Shown in pieces: positions 11,033-21,631 of a stretch of 64,000 bases of DNA. Position 1 is the first letter of the stretch; every line of letters starts with the position of its first letter. The notes below the pieces were generated by a model. That model did not search any database. It was not told the origin of the DNA and saw nothing but the letters and a program-made list of their open reading frames with translations. The DNA is from Candidatus Latescibacterota bacterium (lineage in GTDB: Bacteria; Latescibacterota; UBA2968; GCA-2709665). The translations under genes and the position numbers were made by a program. The stretch covers positions 2,528,001 through 2,592,000 of the forward strand of contig OZ242180.1 of the NCBI GenBank assembly GCA_965205485.1, written 5' to 3'.

Positions 11033-11881
11033 TCAAGCCCATGATTTGCGGTTGTTTTCGTAGGTTACGGGCAAGTGGTATCCCAGCGCAGAATGCCTGC
11101 GGTGTGGATTATACCACCCTTCGATGTATTCGAAAAGGGATCGTTTCGCGTCGTGGATCGTGCGGAAGCAGTGGCGGTCCAGCAGCTCGCATTCGACGGT
11201 TGCGAAGAAACTCTCACACAGGGCGTTGTCAAAGCAGTCGCCGACGGATCCCATGGAGGGACGGACACCGGCCTTCTTGCAGCGCAGGCCAAAGGCCAGA
11301 GACGTATACTGCGATTCCTGGTCGGAATGATGGATCACGTTGCTGGGATGACGCTGCCACAAGGCCATATCCAGCGCGTCCAGGACCAGTTGGGTGTGCA
11401 ACCGCGTGTCCATCGCCCACCCGACAATGCGTCTGGAATAGGCATCCAGGACCACGGAAAGGCAGAGGAAGCCTGACCACGTCGGCACGTAGGTGATGTC
11501 GGCCACCCAGAGCTGATCGGGTGCAAAGACCGTAAAGTCCCGATTGACCAGATCGGCAGCGGCACTTTGGTGCTGGCTTTGCGTTGTTGTGCGCACGCCC
11601 TTGCGTCGGCTCACGCCCATCAGGCCCATCTCCCGCAGGAGCCGGGCTACGCGCTTGCGGCCCACCCGGGTGCCCTCAAACGCCAGTTCGGCGTGTATCC
11701 GCGGTGCGCCATAGGTCCCGAACGATCGCGTGTGAATCGCTGCAATACGCTCCTTGAGCACTACATCGGCTGCTGCACGCTTCGAGATGGGTCGCTTCAG
11801 CCACGCATAGCAGCCACTGGTGGAGACGCCCAGCACACGGCACTGCGTGGCCACAGGATAAAATGCCCGGTGCGCCTTCAC
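11033..11881 (-). CDS. IS3 transposase OrfB (DDE integrase core)
   Basis: YGAPRI, WVADITY, HHSDQESQY, DNALCESFF and YNPHRRHSALG motifs. Confidence 0.93.
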   Translation of the reverse strand: MKAHRAFYPVATQCRVLGVSTSGCYAWLKRPISKRAAADVVLKERIAAIHTRSFGTYGAPRIHAELAFEGTRVGRKRVARLLREMGLMGVSRRKGVRTTTQSQHQSAAADLVNRDFTVFAPDQLWVADITYVPTWSGFLCLSVVLDAYSRRIVGWAMDTRLHTQLVLDALDMALWQRHPSNVIHHSDQESQYTSLAFGLRCKKAGVRPSMGSVGDCFDNALCESFFATVECELLDRHCFRTIHDAKRSLFEYIEGWYNPHRRHSALGYHLPVTYENNRKSWA

Positions 11882-12192
11882 GAACGCGAATCCTTCTGTG
11901 GTATCGTGTCGGTCTCCCGTGCGAACCAGGCCGCGGCTTTTGACAAAATCTCACGCTCGATGCGCAACTGCTTGTTCTCACGGCGTAACCGCGCCAGCTC
12001 CTTTCGCTCCTGCGTGGTCAGGCCGTCGGCGCGGCGACCTTCATCTCGGTCGGCCTGCGCCACCCAGCTCCGGATCGTCGGCTCCGAGGGCTCGAACTCC
12101 TTCGCCAGTTCTCGCGGCGTGCGTCCAGCTCGTACCAGCTCCACCATCTGTTGTCGAAACTCGGGCGCATACGCAGGACGGGTCTTCGGCAT
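11878..12192 (-). CDS. IS3 transposase OrfA (HTH + leucine zipper)
   Basis: YAPEFRQQMVELV...ELARLRRENKQLRIEREILSKAAAWFA; GTGA overlap with orfB. Confidence 0.92.
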   Translation of the reverse strand: MPKTRPAYAPEFRQQMVELVRAGRTPRELAKEFEPSEPTIRSWVAQADRDEGRRADGLTTQERKELARLRRENKQLRIEREILSKAAAWFARETDTIPQKDSRS

Positions 12193-12330
12193 GGTGTACC
12201 CCCTTTCTTCTCATCAAAATAACAAGAAGATCGGTGTCCACCAAATCGGGTCAAGTCCAATTACTAATCAATGCATCTGATGGCCAATAGTAGTGGTGAG
12301 TGTGTTGATGGCTTGGTAATTACATACAGC

Positions 12331-13851
12331 TCATTTTTCCTCTGTACTTTGTAGGACCTCGAATGCGACCCGTAAGTAGTTATCCTTAAGCTTCTTTACA
12401 GTGTCCGATTCCAATCTGTCTCGGCGTGCCGCCCGATGTTCGGCGACTCCATCGTAAACACAGTGGCGGAGGTAGTTCTCTATCGAGTTACCTTCGAGCA
12501 TCAGCCAATGTGGATGTTGTCTGTTCACTACAATGACCAAGTTCTGCTCGTCGATATCTTGGTTTACAAAGTACGGATCATTAGGTGAGCCGATCGCATC
12601 GATGTAAACCTTTATTGTCATATCGCTGAGACTTACAACAAAATCAGGATCTTTGTTTGAGGCGTTTTCGACTACATTTCGATTCCCTGCTTCAATCTGA
12701 GATACCGAAGGTAAAACTTCTTCCATCTCAAGTGCCTCAAGGAATTTCGGCGTTTTTAACTCCTCCTCAAGAGCTTTTATCGCTGCATCAACCTGAACGT
12801 CACTAGGACCGTGTTCCGCGGGGCGTCCCCTCCTGGCTTTACGAGCAGTCTCCATAAACGGTTTACAGTATTTGAGCAATCCTTTTTCTACAAGCTCTTC
12901 CTCTTCTCCATCCCAGTTGATTTCATCTTTGGTATGTGAGACTTCAAAATCTTCAAGATTGATTTCTCCTACTACTCGTTGATTGATTAGATCGTTTCTA
13001 CCACCTTGTCCATAAACGGTCTCGGGTCGCCAACTATCTGGCCAACCCTTTATTAGTCGCTGTCGATGTAGTATGGAAAAACCAGCCTTAGATCTGGAGC
13101 CCTTTCGTAATACACCGACCCATCCTTCAGCGACTTTTTTGGGTTCAGTGTCAATCTCGAATATGTATTCGCCTTTGTAAACAGTACCATCATTGCGCTT
13201 CAAGAAATCGTCATCTGAAAACCCTCGCCACTCTAACTCTTGGTCGTTATAGTAAAGCATCATCTGACCGGAAGAGATGTCTTTACGATAGATACTTTCA
13301 AGATACTCCTTAACTTTTGAAATAGTTCGCCCCTTAAGTGGTCGATGATGTGATGTAATCTCGATCAATGTATAGTGTTCACTTTCTGCTACATCCCTTT
13401 TACTAACAGGTGGTGACACATTCCCATCTACTACATCATTAACGTCCACCAATACTGTATACTCATTAGAATCGCGTAGCTTTGTCGTGATAATTTTCCA
13501 GTTGTCACCAATCCAACATGCCGCAGTCTTCATTCCCAGGCCGTATTGTGATCTCCCCTCGGTGTTTTGGGGCGGTACACCAACCCTCATGGCTCGCCCT
13601 AGGTCGTCATAATCCATACCCATAGCATTGTCCCGTATACGAACGAGATCTTGGTCAGTGGATATCATTACCGTAAACTGGTCTCCCTCGTTATTGAACA
13701 CTGGATCAAGAGACGAGGTATTGTCGTAGTATGATTGTGTGGAGTTATCAACGAATTCCGCTAACGCGAACCACCATTTATATGCTAAGCGACGGTAGTT
13801 AGCAAAGTTCTCGTGTCCAAATCTGATCTCTAGCGGCACAACGACCTCCAT
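12331..13851 (-). CDS. MORC/GHKL-type ATPase (HATPase_c_3 family)
   Basis: Bergerat-fold motifs ALAEFVDNS, IRDNAMGM and SQYGLGMKTA; downstream RVVGEINL...VSHTKDEINW resembles the MORC S5-like domain. Confidence 0.85.
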   Translation of the reverse strand: MEVVVPLEIRFGHENFANYRRLAYKWWFALAEFVDNSTQSYYDNTSSLDPVFNNEGDQFTVMISTDQDLVRIRDNAMGMDYDDLGRAMRVGVPPQNTEGRSQYGLGMKTAACWIGDNWKIITTKLRDSNEYTVLVDVNDVVDGNVSPPVSKRDVAESEHYTLIEITSHHRPLKGRTISKVKEYLESIYRKDISSGQMMLYYNDQELEWRGFSDDDFLKRNDGTVYKGEYIFEIDTEPKKVAEGWVGVLRKGSRSKAGFSILHRQRLIKGWPDSWRPETVYGQGGRNDLINQRVVGEINLEDFEVSHTKDEINWDGEEEELVEKGLLKYCKPFMETARKARRGRPAEHGPSDVQVDAAIKALEEELKTPKFLEALEMEEVLPSVSQIEAGNRNVVENASNKDPDFVVSLSDMTIKVYIDAIGSPNDPYFVNQDIDEQNLVIVVNRQHPHWLMLEGNSIENYLRHCVYDGVAEHRAARRDRLESDTVKKLKDNYLRVAFEVLQSTEEK

Positions 13852-13866
13852 TTCGATTTATTAAAC

Positions 13867-14649
13867 TTATAGTTCACGTAGTTGAAACCTATTCTCACCG
13901 ATACGACGCACCTCGTAGTTCCGGTCTGAAGAAACATTGAATCCGCCGGGGGCAAAAAACACTACACTGTCCATAGCACGTAAAACCTTCCAAGTATACG
14001 GCCTTTGGTCAACATACAACTGTACTTCATTCTGAATACTTGCCGGAACGGTTTCCGGTTGAACGCAGATTAGGGAATTCATCATATTCAATTTCTTAAG
14101 TCTAAAGACCCTATCCGACACCGGCGCAGGTAGATATCCTGAGATAGAAACAATTACGTCGTCGTGCTCGGATCGAAATGACTCAAGATAAGTAAGATGG
14201 GCTGAATGTTCATTTTCGATTGCTGACCACCCACTCTTCAATACAGTCCGGGAGTTTACCACTACAACCACCTTGGGCGGGATATAGTGTATTAGGTTCT
14301 TTAATGCACATAAGTCTAAAGTCGAGTCCTTCTGATGTAGTAAATCCGCATGCGTGGAATCGTATCGCCCAGTAACAAAGGTCTGAACCTGCGGTAGTAC
14401 GTGGTGTTCAAGTGAGTGATTCTCAAGCTCGATTTCAACAACAACCCACATTTTGTAGTTACGATGTACAAACGCCAAATCAGGTCTACGACGAGATCCA
14501 TGATCACCAAGAATATGCGGTGAGAAGTCAAGTATAGAGAAGTCAGGAAGTACCTTTCTCAGTTCGATTTTTACGATACTGGTATAATGTCGTTCATCTT
14601 CGTAAAAGACCTGTTCGTAGATTCGATTTCTGCGTATAAGTCGAGTCAA
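13867..14649 (-). CDS. Hypothetical protein with putative PD-(D/E)xK-like nuclease motif
   Basis: RRPDLAFV...WVVVEIELENH...Q, preceded by an E-containing helix; TTGA overlap with the helicase stop. Confidence 0.6.
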   Translation of the reverse strand: MTRLIRRNRIYEQVFYEDERHYTSIVKIELRKVLPDFSILDFSPHILGDHGSRRRPDLAFVHRNYKMWVVVEIELENHSLEHHVLPQVQTFVTGRYDSTHADLLHQKDSTLDLCALKNLIHYIPPKVVVVVNSRTVLKSGWSAIENEHSAHLTYLESFRSEHDDVIVSISGYLPAPVSDRVFRLKKLNMMNSLICVQPETVPASIQNEVQLYVDQRPYTWKVLRAMDSVVFFAPGGFNVSSDRNYEVRRIGENRFQLREL

Positions 14650-15884
14650 TGAATAGTTCCTCGGCTCCAGGAGACGTCCGCTACACCCTCTAGATTGGTC
14701 GCTTCTCTTGACAACCGGATACGTTGATCGTCTCCGACGTATAGTGTATAAACCAATGCACGCCGTTTGCTATGTGCAGGACGAAGCACGCGTCCCAGTC
14801 GCTGGATTCTTTGACGGGTGCTAGAAGTGGAGTGCGCAACGATTGCTATGTTTGCTTCTGGTACATTCGCGCCTTCGTCGAGAGCACGACAGGTAACAAG
14901 CATGTTGACAATTCCTCGTCGAAAAAGGCGGAGGTTGTCCCTTCGGTGTGAATCTGAAAGGCTGGAGTGGTACGTCACTGAGTTCTGACCGAGACTGGCA
15001 AGTAATTCCGCAATTGACTCGACATCAGCAACACGCTCGTGGAAAACTATGACACGTTCACGTTTATGACTTAATGCCAATTTTACCGCCCATGGTACTC
15101 TCAAAGCACGTTCAGCCGATCTAGTGATTTTGGTCGACTTCGATCTGCTACTTGCGGCTAAGACAACAGAAGCACTTCCTGAAGTATCCTTTGAGTTTTT
15201 CATGCGACTTTGGAGTCGGCTTAAGTCACCCGCGCTGAATCCTATTTCGATATTCATTAAATCGAAATCTACGATCACACCGTCAGTTTTTGCTGTGCGG
15301 TAGTCGTAGTCATAAATCACAGGTCCGAGAGCAGGGGTGATTCTTGTCACGAAACCGTCGTCTGCCTCTCGCTCAGGAGTAGCAGATAACCCGAGAGTGG
15401 CTGGGACAGACGGGTCATGGTTTCCCATGAGCGCTCGACTGTTCTCAACGGCCCCGGCTCGATGGCACTCGTCGACGATAAGGAACGTTGTTCCCGAATT
15501 TGACAATTCCTGTGAGACTAATCGAGCTGTGTTTAAAACGAGGATATTAACCCGTTTGGGATGTTCCGGTTTTGAACTTCCGGAATAGCAGGCGATTTCG
15601 GTTTCATCGATATCTGTAGCATCACTAATGTCCACAAACCATTGATCTAGTAATGCTATCGTAGGCACCACAATAATGGCCTTTCCATCGGGGTATTCCG
15701 TGAAGAACCGTTTCAAGCAAAGAAACGAAAAGACTGTCTTACCACCGCCAGTAACCACACGTGCAATGCCAGTGAATTCTCTATCCCAAGCCTTAAACGC
15801 TTCAATCTGCCATCGTCTAGGGATTATCGATTGATCGAGCTGCAAGTTGTGCCCTTTCAAAAACTGTATGGTGTCTCCCGCCAC
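14646..15884 (-). CDS. Superfamily 2 DEAD/DEAH-box helicase (ResIII/XPB-like)
   Basis: PRRWQ (Q motif), TGGGKT, LIVDECH, LGLSATP, LDEGANVP and QRLGRVLR motifs. Confidence 0.92.
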   Translation of the reverse strand: MAGDTIQFLKGHNLQLDQSIIPRRWQIEAFKAWDREFTGIARVVTGGGKTVFSFLCLKRFFTEYPDGKAIIVVPTIALLDQWFVDISDATDIDETEIACYSGSSKPEHPKRVNILVLNTARLVSQELSNSGTTFLIVDECHRAGAVENSRALMGNHDPSVPATLGLSATPEREADDGFVTRITPALGPVIYDYDYRTAKTDGVIVDFDLMNIEIGFSAGDLSRLQSRMKNSKDTSGSASVVLAASSRSKSTKITRSAERALRVPWAVKLALSHKRERVIVFHERVADVESIAELLASLGQNSVTYHSSLSDSHRRDNLRLFRRGIVNMLVTCRALDEGANVPEANIAIVAHSTSSTRQRIQRLGRVLRPAHSKRRALVYTLYVGDDQRIRLSREATNLEGVADVSWSRGTIH

Positions 15885-15938
15885 AACGCGGGCATTTCAC
15901 TGCAATTTGGACTTCAAATCGTTGTAAATCAAAAACAA

Positions 15939-16922
15939 TTACTGCTTTCGGAGGTTTTTCTTACTTTTAGTGAATCGCCCAAGCGATCCATCCAGAAATT
16001 CCCGATCAGGTTCAACTGCTACCCATCTGCGCCCTAAGTCTTCTGCTGCTTTTCCTGTCGTATTACTACCAGCGAACGGATCCAGTACCAATGCATCTGA
16101 TTTGGTAAGGAATTTGATGAAGAACTCGGCGAGTCCAATCGGCATTCGGGCTGGATGCGGTCGAAGCTGATGGGTACGGCAGTAATTCAAGTAGTTTGAA
16201 CTTGCCTGCGTATTCGCTAGGGAGATCAGGTTTGACGGAATGGCTCCAGCATTATCTGTTAAGAATGAGTTTTTCCCAATATGGTGTTCAGAAGGTCGCT
16301 CCCCAGAGTTGTAACTTTTACGTACTAAGAGATCCTCCATTGCTTTACTGTATTTTGTTAATACCTGGCGGTTGTCAGCATATGGCCTGTCTGTAGGTGC
16401 CATCCACCAGAGATGTGTATATGCGTCCTTAACTCGGATGCGCTCGACATTCACCCACTGAGCTGGTCCGGGGAGTTTTGCAGGGTTGTGCCACACGAAC
16501 TGTTGGCACAGTACGAATTCGCCATGCTCCAAGAAAGCTAGTAGTGCCTGCAACGCTAACGTAGACATTACTGGCCGTCCCGGTTCCCATGCATTTCCAA
16601 GTTCTAAGACTACTGAACCTGCGGGTTTCAAAGCATTCTTGAAAAGAGGTGCAAATCCTTTGAGCCATTCCACGTATGCCTCGCCTTGTTCGTTTCCGTA
16701 GCGCTTTTTTCTATTGAGAGGAAACGGGGGTGAGGTAAAGATGAGATCGACTTGCCCTTCGAGCTCACTCGAGTAAGTACGTGACCTTAATACATCCTCA
16801 GCTAGCCCGAGTATGGATCGACCCAGTGTCGTTCTGTAGATGGTTTTAGGTCTACGTTTGCGACTATGTTTGTCCTTCGTGGAACTCTTTTCTACAACCT
16901 CATCTTCATTAGATCTATTCAC
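15939..16922 (-). CDS. Site-specific DNA methyltransferase, N4-cytosine/N6-adenine beta class
   Basis: Catalytic TSPPF precedes HPARMP and the SAM-binding VLDPFAGS motif (beta order); SPP suggests N4-cytosine specificity. Confidence 0.92.
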   Translation of the reverse strand: MNRSNEDEVVEKSSTKDKHSRKRRPKTIYRTTLGRSILGLAEDVLRSRTYSSELEGQVDLIFTSPPFPLNRKKRYGNEQGEAYVEWLKGFAPLFKNALKPAGSVVLELGNAWEPGRPVMSTLALQALLAFLEHGEFVLCQQFVWHNPAKLPGPAQWVNVERIRVKDAYTHLWWMAPTDRPYADNRQVLTKYSKAMEDLLVRKSYNSGERPSEHHIGKNSFLTDNAGAIPSNLISLANTQASSNYLNYCRTHQLRPHPARMPIGLAEFFIKFLTKSDALVLDPFAGSNTTGKAAEDLGRRWVAVEPDREFLDGSLGRFTKSKKNLRKQ

Positions 16923-17036
16923 CGGATTTTCCCCGACTGATGTTACCCCATATTAGTGGCCGGATTACCGTTTGGGATGCAGACTGCTTTTTTAAGCTCC
17001 TTTCATTTTTTAAAAGCCGCCAACGCCTAATTAAAC

Positions 17037-19187
17037 TCATCTGCACACCAAGGTACCAGCATGCTTTCCTAGTGCCGATCGCCGTTGAACACGTTCGGCC
17101 GCGTCATGAACCAACTGCTCCTGGGCTTTTTCGCATAGGTCTGGTGGCGGTTCGGCGCCTTCGTCCACGGGTTCGAATTCACGCGCCTTCTCCTGAATGC
17201 GATCAGTATCGATGGCGGCCAGTAGATCGCCAACGATTTGAGTGAGTTCGGTGCCGCCGGCCTGCTCCTTGATTCGTTCTTTCTCGGTGGAATCGAGTTG
17301 TTGATCAAGCCGCGCGAGGCGCCCGGCGAGAGAACTCACCGTGTCTTCATCGTGGGCGCCCATCATCACGCCCATCGCGAGGTCCTTTAGGGGCACTGTC
17401 GGCTGGGTGATGAGCGGTTGGCTGGCGGTCTTGAGCGACGTCGTGACACCGACCGCGTCCACGATGACATAGTGGGTCTTGCTGGTAGTAGCTGAAGGAG
17501 AGACTTTTTTGAGGTCGTCGTAATCAAGAGTACGGGTCCCGCGACCCTTCATCTGCTCGAAATAGTTGCGGCTACGCACATCACGCATAAATAGCAAGCA
17601 TTCGAGTGGTCTGACATCGGTGCCAGTTGCAATCATATCCACCGTGACAGCGATACGCGGGTAATAGTCGTTTCGATACTGGGCGAGGACAGTTTTCGGT
17701 TCTTCTTTGGATCTGTATGTGACCTTCTTGCAGAACTCATTGCCTTCGCCGAACTCCTCACGCACAGTCTGAATGATGTCGTCTGCATGGCTGTCCGTCT
17801 TGGCGAAAATCAGCGTCTTCGGAACTTCGCCACGGCCAGGGAAAATCTCAGGCAAATTGCCGCGGAATGTGCCGATGACGGTACGGATCTGATCCGGATT
17901 GACGACGGCGCGGTCCAGTTCTCGTCCTGAATAGACAAGCGCTTCGTCCTGAATCTCCCAGCGTTTGCGCCGCGTGAGCCGCTCTCTACGTTGGACTGCT
18001 TGGCGTGCCCTGATCTGGCCCCCGCGCTCTGTCCTTTCCGTCTCAATCACATAGACTTCGTTGCCGACGTTGACGCCGTCTGCGACGGCTTGATCATGCG
18101 TATATTCGCTGACGATGTTTTTCTTAAAGAACCCGTATGTGCGGTTGTCCGGTGTGGCGGTGAGGCCAATGAGGAATGCGTCGAAGTATTCGAGGACCTG
18201 GCGCCAGAGGTTATAGATCGACCGGTGGCATTCGTCAATGACGATGAAATCAAAAAACTCGGGCGGAATCTTGTCGTTGTAGACAACCGGCACCGGTTGA
18301 CTGGGTTGCGTCAATTCCGCCGGGTTGATCTCTTCCGCTGCTTCGTCTATCCCCTCGCCCTTAAGGAGGGAATACATGCGCTGGATGGTGCTGATACAAA
18401 CCTGGCTATCGTTGGCAACATAGGACGATTTGAGACGCTGCACGTTGTAGAGTTCAGTGAATTTGCGATTGTCGTCGTTCGGCACGTACGCCATGAATTC
18501 CTGCTCGGCCTGTTCACCCAAATGCCTGGTGTCTACGAGAAAGAGGACCCTCTTGGCGTCCGCGTGTTTGAGCAGCCGGTAAATCGACGTGATGGCGGTG
18601 TAGGTCTTGCCAGAGCCGGTGGCCATCTGAATGAGTGCGCGCGGACGGATGTCTTTAAACGATGCTTCGAGATTCTCGATGGCGCGTATCTGGCACGCCC
18701 TGAATCCGGCAGGGTTGACCTCAGGGAGTGTCTGAAGCCTGGCGCGAAGCGAGTCGTCATTTGCGTTCCATTCCGCCAGGGTCTCCGGTCGCGGGAAGTT
18801 GAATATCTCCCGCGAACGAGGTTTCGGATCGCGTCCATCGGTAAACCGCGTAAGCACACCCGTAGATTCGTATACGAACGGCAGGGGTTCTCTGTTTTTG
18901 ACCCATTTGAGTTCGGCAGCAGCATAAGTGCCCGATTGCGATTCGACGGTCGTGATATTGTGACCCCATTCTTCCGGCTTGGCCTCGACAACACCGACGG
19001 CCTGCTTGTCAACAAAGAGAACGTAGTCGGCTGGGCCAACGTCCGTCTGATATTCGCGGACAGCGATACCGCGCCCCGCGCTGAAGTCAAGCTTGTTTTT
19101 CGACTGTACGTTCCAGCCGGCCTGAACCAACATCGCGTCGATTTTGTCGCGTGCCTTTTGTTCCGGAGTGCGGTAAATGTCTGTCAC
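17037..19187 (-). pseudogene. hsdR: Type I restriction enzyme R subunit (EcoEI/EcoAI-like), C-terminally truncated
   Basis: Nuclease ADYVLF...VEAK, helicase MATGSGKT, DECHRS, GLTATP, TGTD and QMKGRGTR motifs. Family-like sequence appears to stop near 17078 (AANVFNGD in a shifted frame); no hsdM/hsdS nearby. Confidence 0.82.
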
Positions 19188-19343
19188 TGCGAAGGTCCTA
19201 TTTCATAAATTCGCCCGATTCAACCGATCTATATAGGGTACCTTATAGCTCGCGCAATATACGAAAATCTTCATTGTTGGTCAATGCGACCAGAGCAAAA
19301 AGTGACGCATTTTGCGACGCGATAGGCGCGTTTTGCGACACAG

Positions 19344-19375
19344 AAAAAACCCCGATGAAATCGTTCATCGGGGTC
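19344..19375 (-). terminator. Putative rho-independent terminator
   Basis: Minus strand GACCCCGATGAA-CGAT-TTCATCGGGG followed by TTTTTT. Confidence 0.6.
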
Positions 19376-19949
19376 ATCTGTCATACATCAGGTGTAGCAC
19401 GCGGCCGTCAGTCTAAAACCGATAGCGCTATTTCAAGGCGAAGTCAAACGGCGATATGCGCACCAGGACGAGGTGAACCACGAAAAACAAAAGGAAAAAG
19501 GAAGAAGGAAAAAGGAAGAAATAACGGCAGGATAGTCTCGTAGACCGTCGCCGGCATTCAAGATGTATGCGAGTGCCGGCGTGGTAGATCGACTGGAATT
19601 GACCCGATTAAAGGCGAATGATCCGGCCTGATTAGGCCGATCTTCAACTGGCCTGGTTAGGCCGATCCTGCATTGGCCGCATCTGGGCGATCATTGACAG
19701 AGTGCGCAAGGAAGAAATAAAGGTCGGACAATCGCGTGGCCCGTCGTCAGCATCCACGACGTCTGCGATTGCCTGCCCGTTACTTGAGACCCGTTCCGCT
19801 CGGGAACACCAGAATAAGGGCGAATAAATGGAGAAGGAAAAAGGCGACATCCGGAAGGAGAAAGGAAGAAGAGATGGGGGTTATGCAACAACGACGATAC
19901 CGTCAGGAAATCAATTGCTGTTCAACCGCGTTTCGTTTTTTGCGATACG

Positions 19950-20186
19950 CTACCCAAAGTTATCAAGCCTTTCGTCTATGCGTTCAATCGCTCGCAACAA
20001 TCGAAATTCAACCTGTTTGATTGTCTCTTTATTCTCTTTAATTTCTGCCATTAAACGAGATTCCGAAGCGCTCACCATCCATTGCACAACGGCGAGGTTG
20101 ACACCGACTAACAAAACAAGAACACTGCCAAAGGAAACAGCTACTTTTATCGCATTCCCCCATTTGGACCATAGGCTGTTACTCAT
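19950..20186 (-). CDS. Small membrane protein (one TM helix + coiled coil)
   Basis: 78 aa, RBS AAGGGG upstream, hydrophobic VAVSFGSVLVLLVGVNLAVV segment. Confidence 0.6.
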   Translation of the reverse strand: MSNSLWSKWGNAIKVAVSFGSVLVLLVGVNLAVVQWMVSASESRLMAEIKENKETIKQVEFRLLRAIERIDERLDNFG

Positions 20187-20518
20187 GATTTCCCCTTATT
20201 TTCTTGATACAAGAGTGCGTCGTGCGCATTTTCGCTGAACCATGTCATTAGTGTGTTCCGCAAGTTGTCTTTTGCGAAAAAGTAAGGTAACTCGGTTCGA
20301 CAAAGTACGGTGGCCAACGCGGGTTTTTTGTAAACCCACTATTTTGAAAAAAGTACCCAATCGGATTTATCCTGTCAAGTGCATATGATGAAATTTGGGG
20401 GAATTGCAGCGAGCATGAAGAGAGGTACGCTGAGGAAGAATGATGAGCGCAAGCAGAGGCAGGATGTGAAGGGGTATTGGAAGCGGATACCAACCGAGCA
20501 AGAAGATGGTAGAGCTCA

Positions 20519-20632
20519 TCAATCACGCATTCTTCGTTCTGCCTTTTTCCTTCTTCCTTGCCTTGCGTCAGCCTGTGTTTCGTCGTCTCTCAATAGATAC
20601 CGCAGCAGGACATTGGTGTCGATTGCGATCAA
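20519..20632 (-). pseudogene. VapC/PIN toxin N-terminal remnant
   Basis: MIAIDTNVLLRYLLRDDETQA then runs into a purine heptamer tract and stops; TTGA overlap with the AbrB gene. Confidence 0.8.
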
Positions 20633-20870
20633 GGCGTTCGGTCCCGCTTTCTCTCTATGGCGTCCTGGCGCGACTCCTCGTCTGAAACCGTCGGATCTCC
20701 TTCAAGATGCGCCAGGCATCCCCAGGCGCTACCGGGCTCTAGGCGGACGATGGTGATGCGGCCATCGGCCACGAAACTCAGGCACTCGTCGCCTGGCTCG
20801 ATGCCTGCTAAACGGCACTGATCGGCCGGGAGCGTGATCTGTCGCTTGGCGCTGAGTTTGGGCGAGATTT
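20629..20870 (-). CDS. AbrB/MazE/SpoVT-family antitoxin (start codon unclear)
   Basis: PKLSAKRQITLPADQCRLAGIEPGD...FVADGRITI; GGAG RBS is followed by TCG where a start codon is expected. Confidence 0.72.
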
Positions 20871-21213
20871 CTCCAATCCAGTAAAGGAAAAAGGAAGAAG
20901 GAAAAAGGAAGAAATACAAGCAGGAAAATCGCGTGGACTGCCGCCGGGATTCACGATGTGTGTGGAGTTGCCCGTTACTTGAGACCCGTTCCGCTCGGGA
21001 AGACGCGAATAAAGGAAAAAGGAAGAAATCTGGCCCAAATCACCTGCTGACCTGTCGCCCGCATTCTCTGTTTCTCTCTACCTATTGCCCTTCCGTGGCC
21101 AGTCCCTCATCACGTGTAGCATTCTGCGACGGTTTCGGTGCGCTGTTTGGCACATTCAACCCGATCACGCAATTCTCCCTTCCTCCTTACTTTGTAGACG
21201 ATCGGCGCGTTTT

Positions 21214-21631
21214 TCATTTCGCGTCGTTCTTTCTCTTGATCTGTTCCACGAATGCCTCGCCTCTAGGAGTACGGCGGTAGCGCTGGTGGCGGCTCGTGGG
21301 CTTGTCCGGGAGGGTCATTTCAATCAATCCGGCCTCCAGGGCAGGATTCAGGTATGATTCGATGAAATGGGGCCGGCCTTTGAGTTCCAATCCTGCCTGG
21401 ATACTGGCGCGGCTCATCTCTCCCGTGAGGACAGCCACCAGTTGCTGGATTTGGTCCGTGACCTGGTCTGTATCTTGTGGGGTATCTTGTTGGGCGTCTT
21501 GTGGGGTATCTTGTTGGGTGTCGTGACCTTTCCCAATAATTTTCAATGACTTATCTTGTCCTGTATCTGTATCTTGTTCCGTATCTTGTTCCGTCGCGGG
21601 GAGTAAAGCCCGCTCATTCACTGGCGTGAGC
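21214..21631 (-). pseudogene. Second Fic-like C-terminal winged-HTH fragment with 12-bp (QDTx) repeats
   Basis: DTQQDTPQDAQQDTPQDTDQVTDQ...YLNPALEAGLIEMTLPDKPTSRHQRYR; the 5' side abuts the repeat unit at 21632. Confidence 0.7.

Larger units (their letters stand above)
10992..12259 (-). mobile_element. IS3-family insertion sequence (~1.27 kb)
   Basis: Imperfect terminal IRs TGGAGTTGCTCCGGTTCAGTGGAC (10992) and TGGACTTGACCCGATTTGGTGGAC (reverse strand from 12259) enclose orfA/orfB; no target-site duplication. Confidence 0.92.

Noticed and set aside
12331..16922. DNA phosphorothioation (Dnd), BREX or DISARM system
   Set aside because: No DndBCDE, PglZ/BrxC or DrmAB/PLD-type genes; the PLP enzyme at 7986-9127 is separated by an IS and looks unrelated.
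19620..19692. Short GGCCT..TTAGGCCGATC repeats
   Set aside because: Only two to three degenerate copies; no function can be supported.
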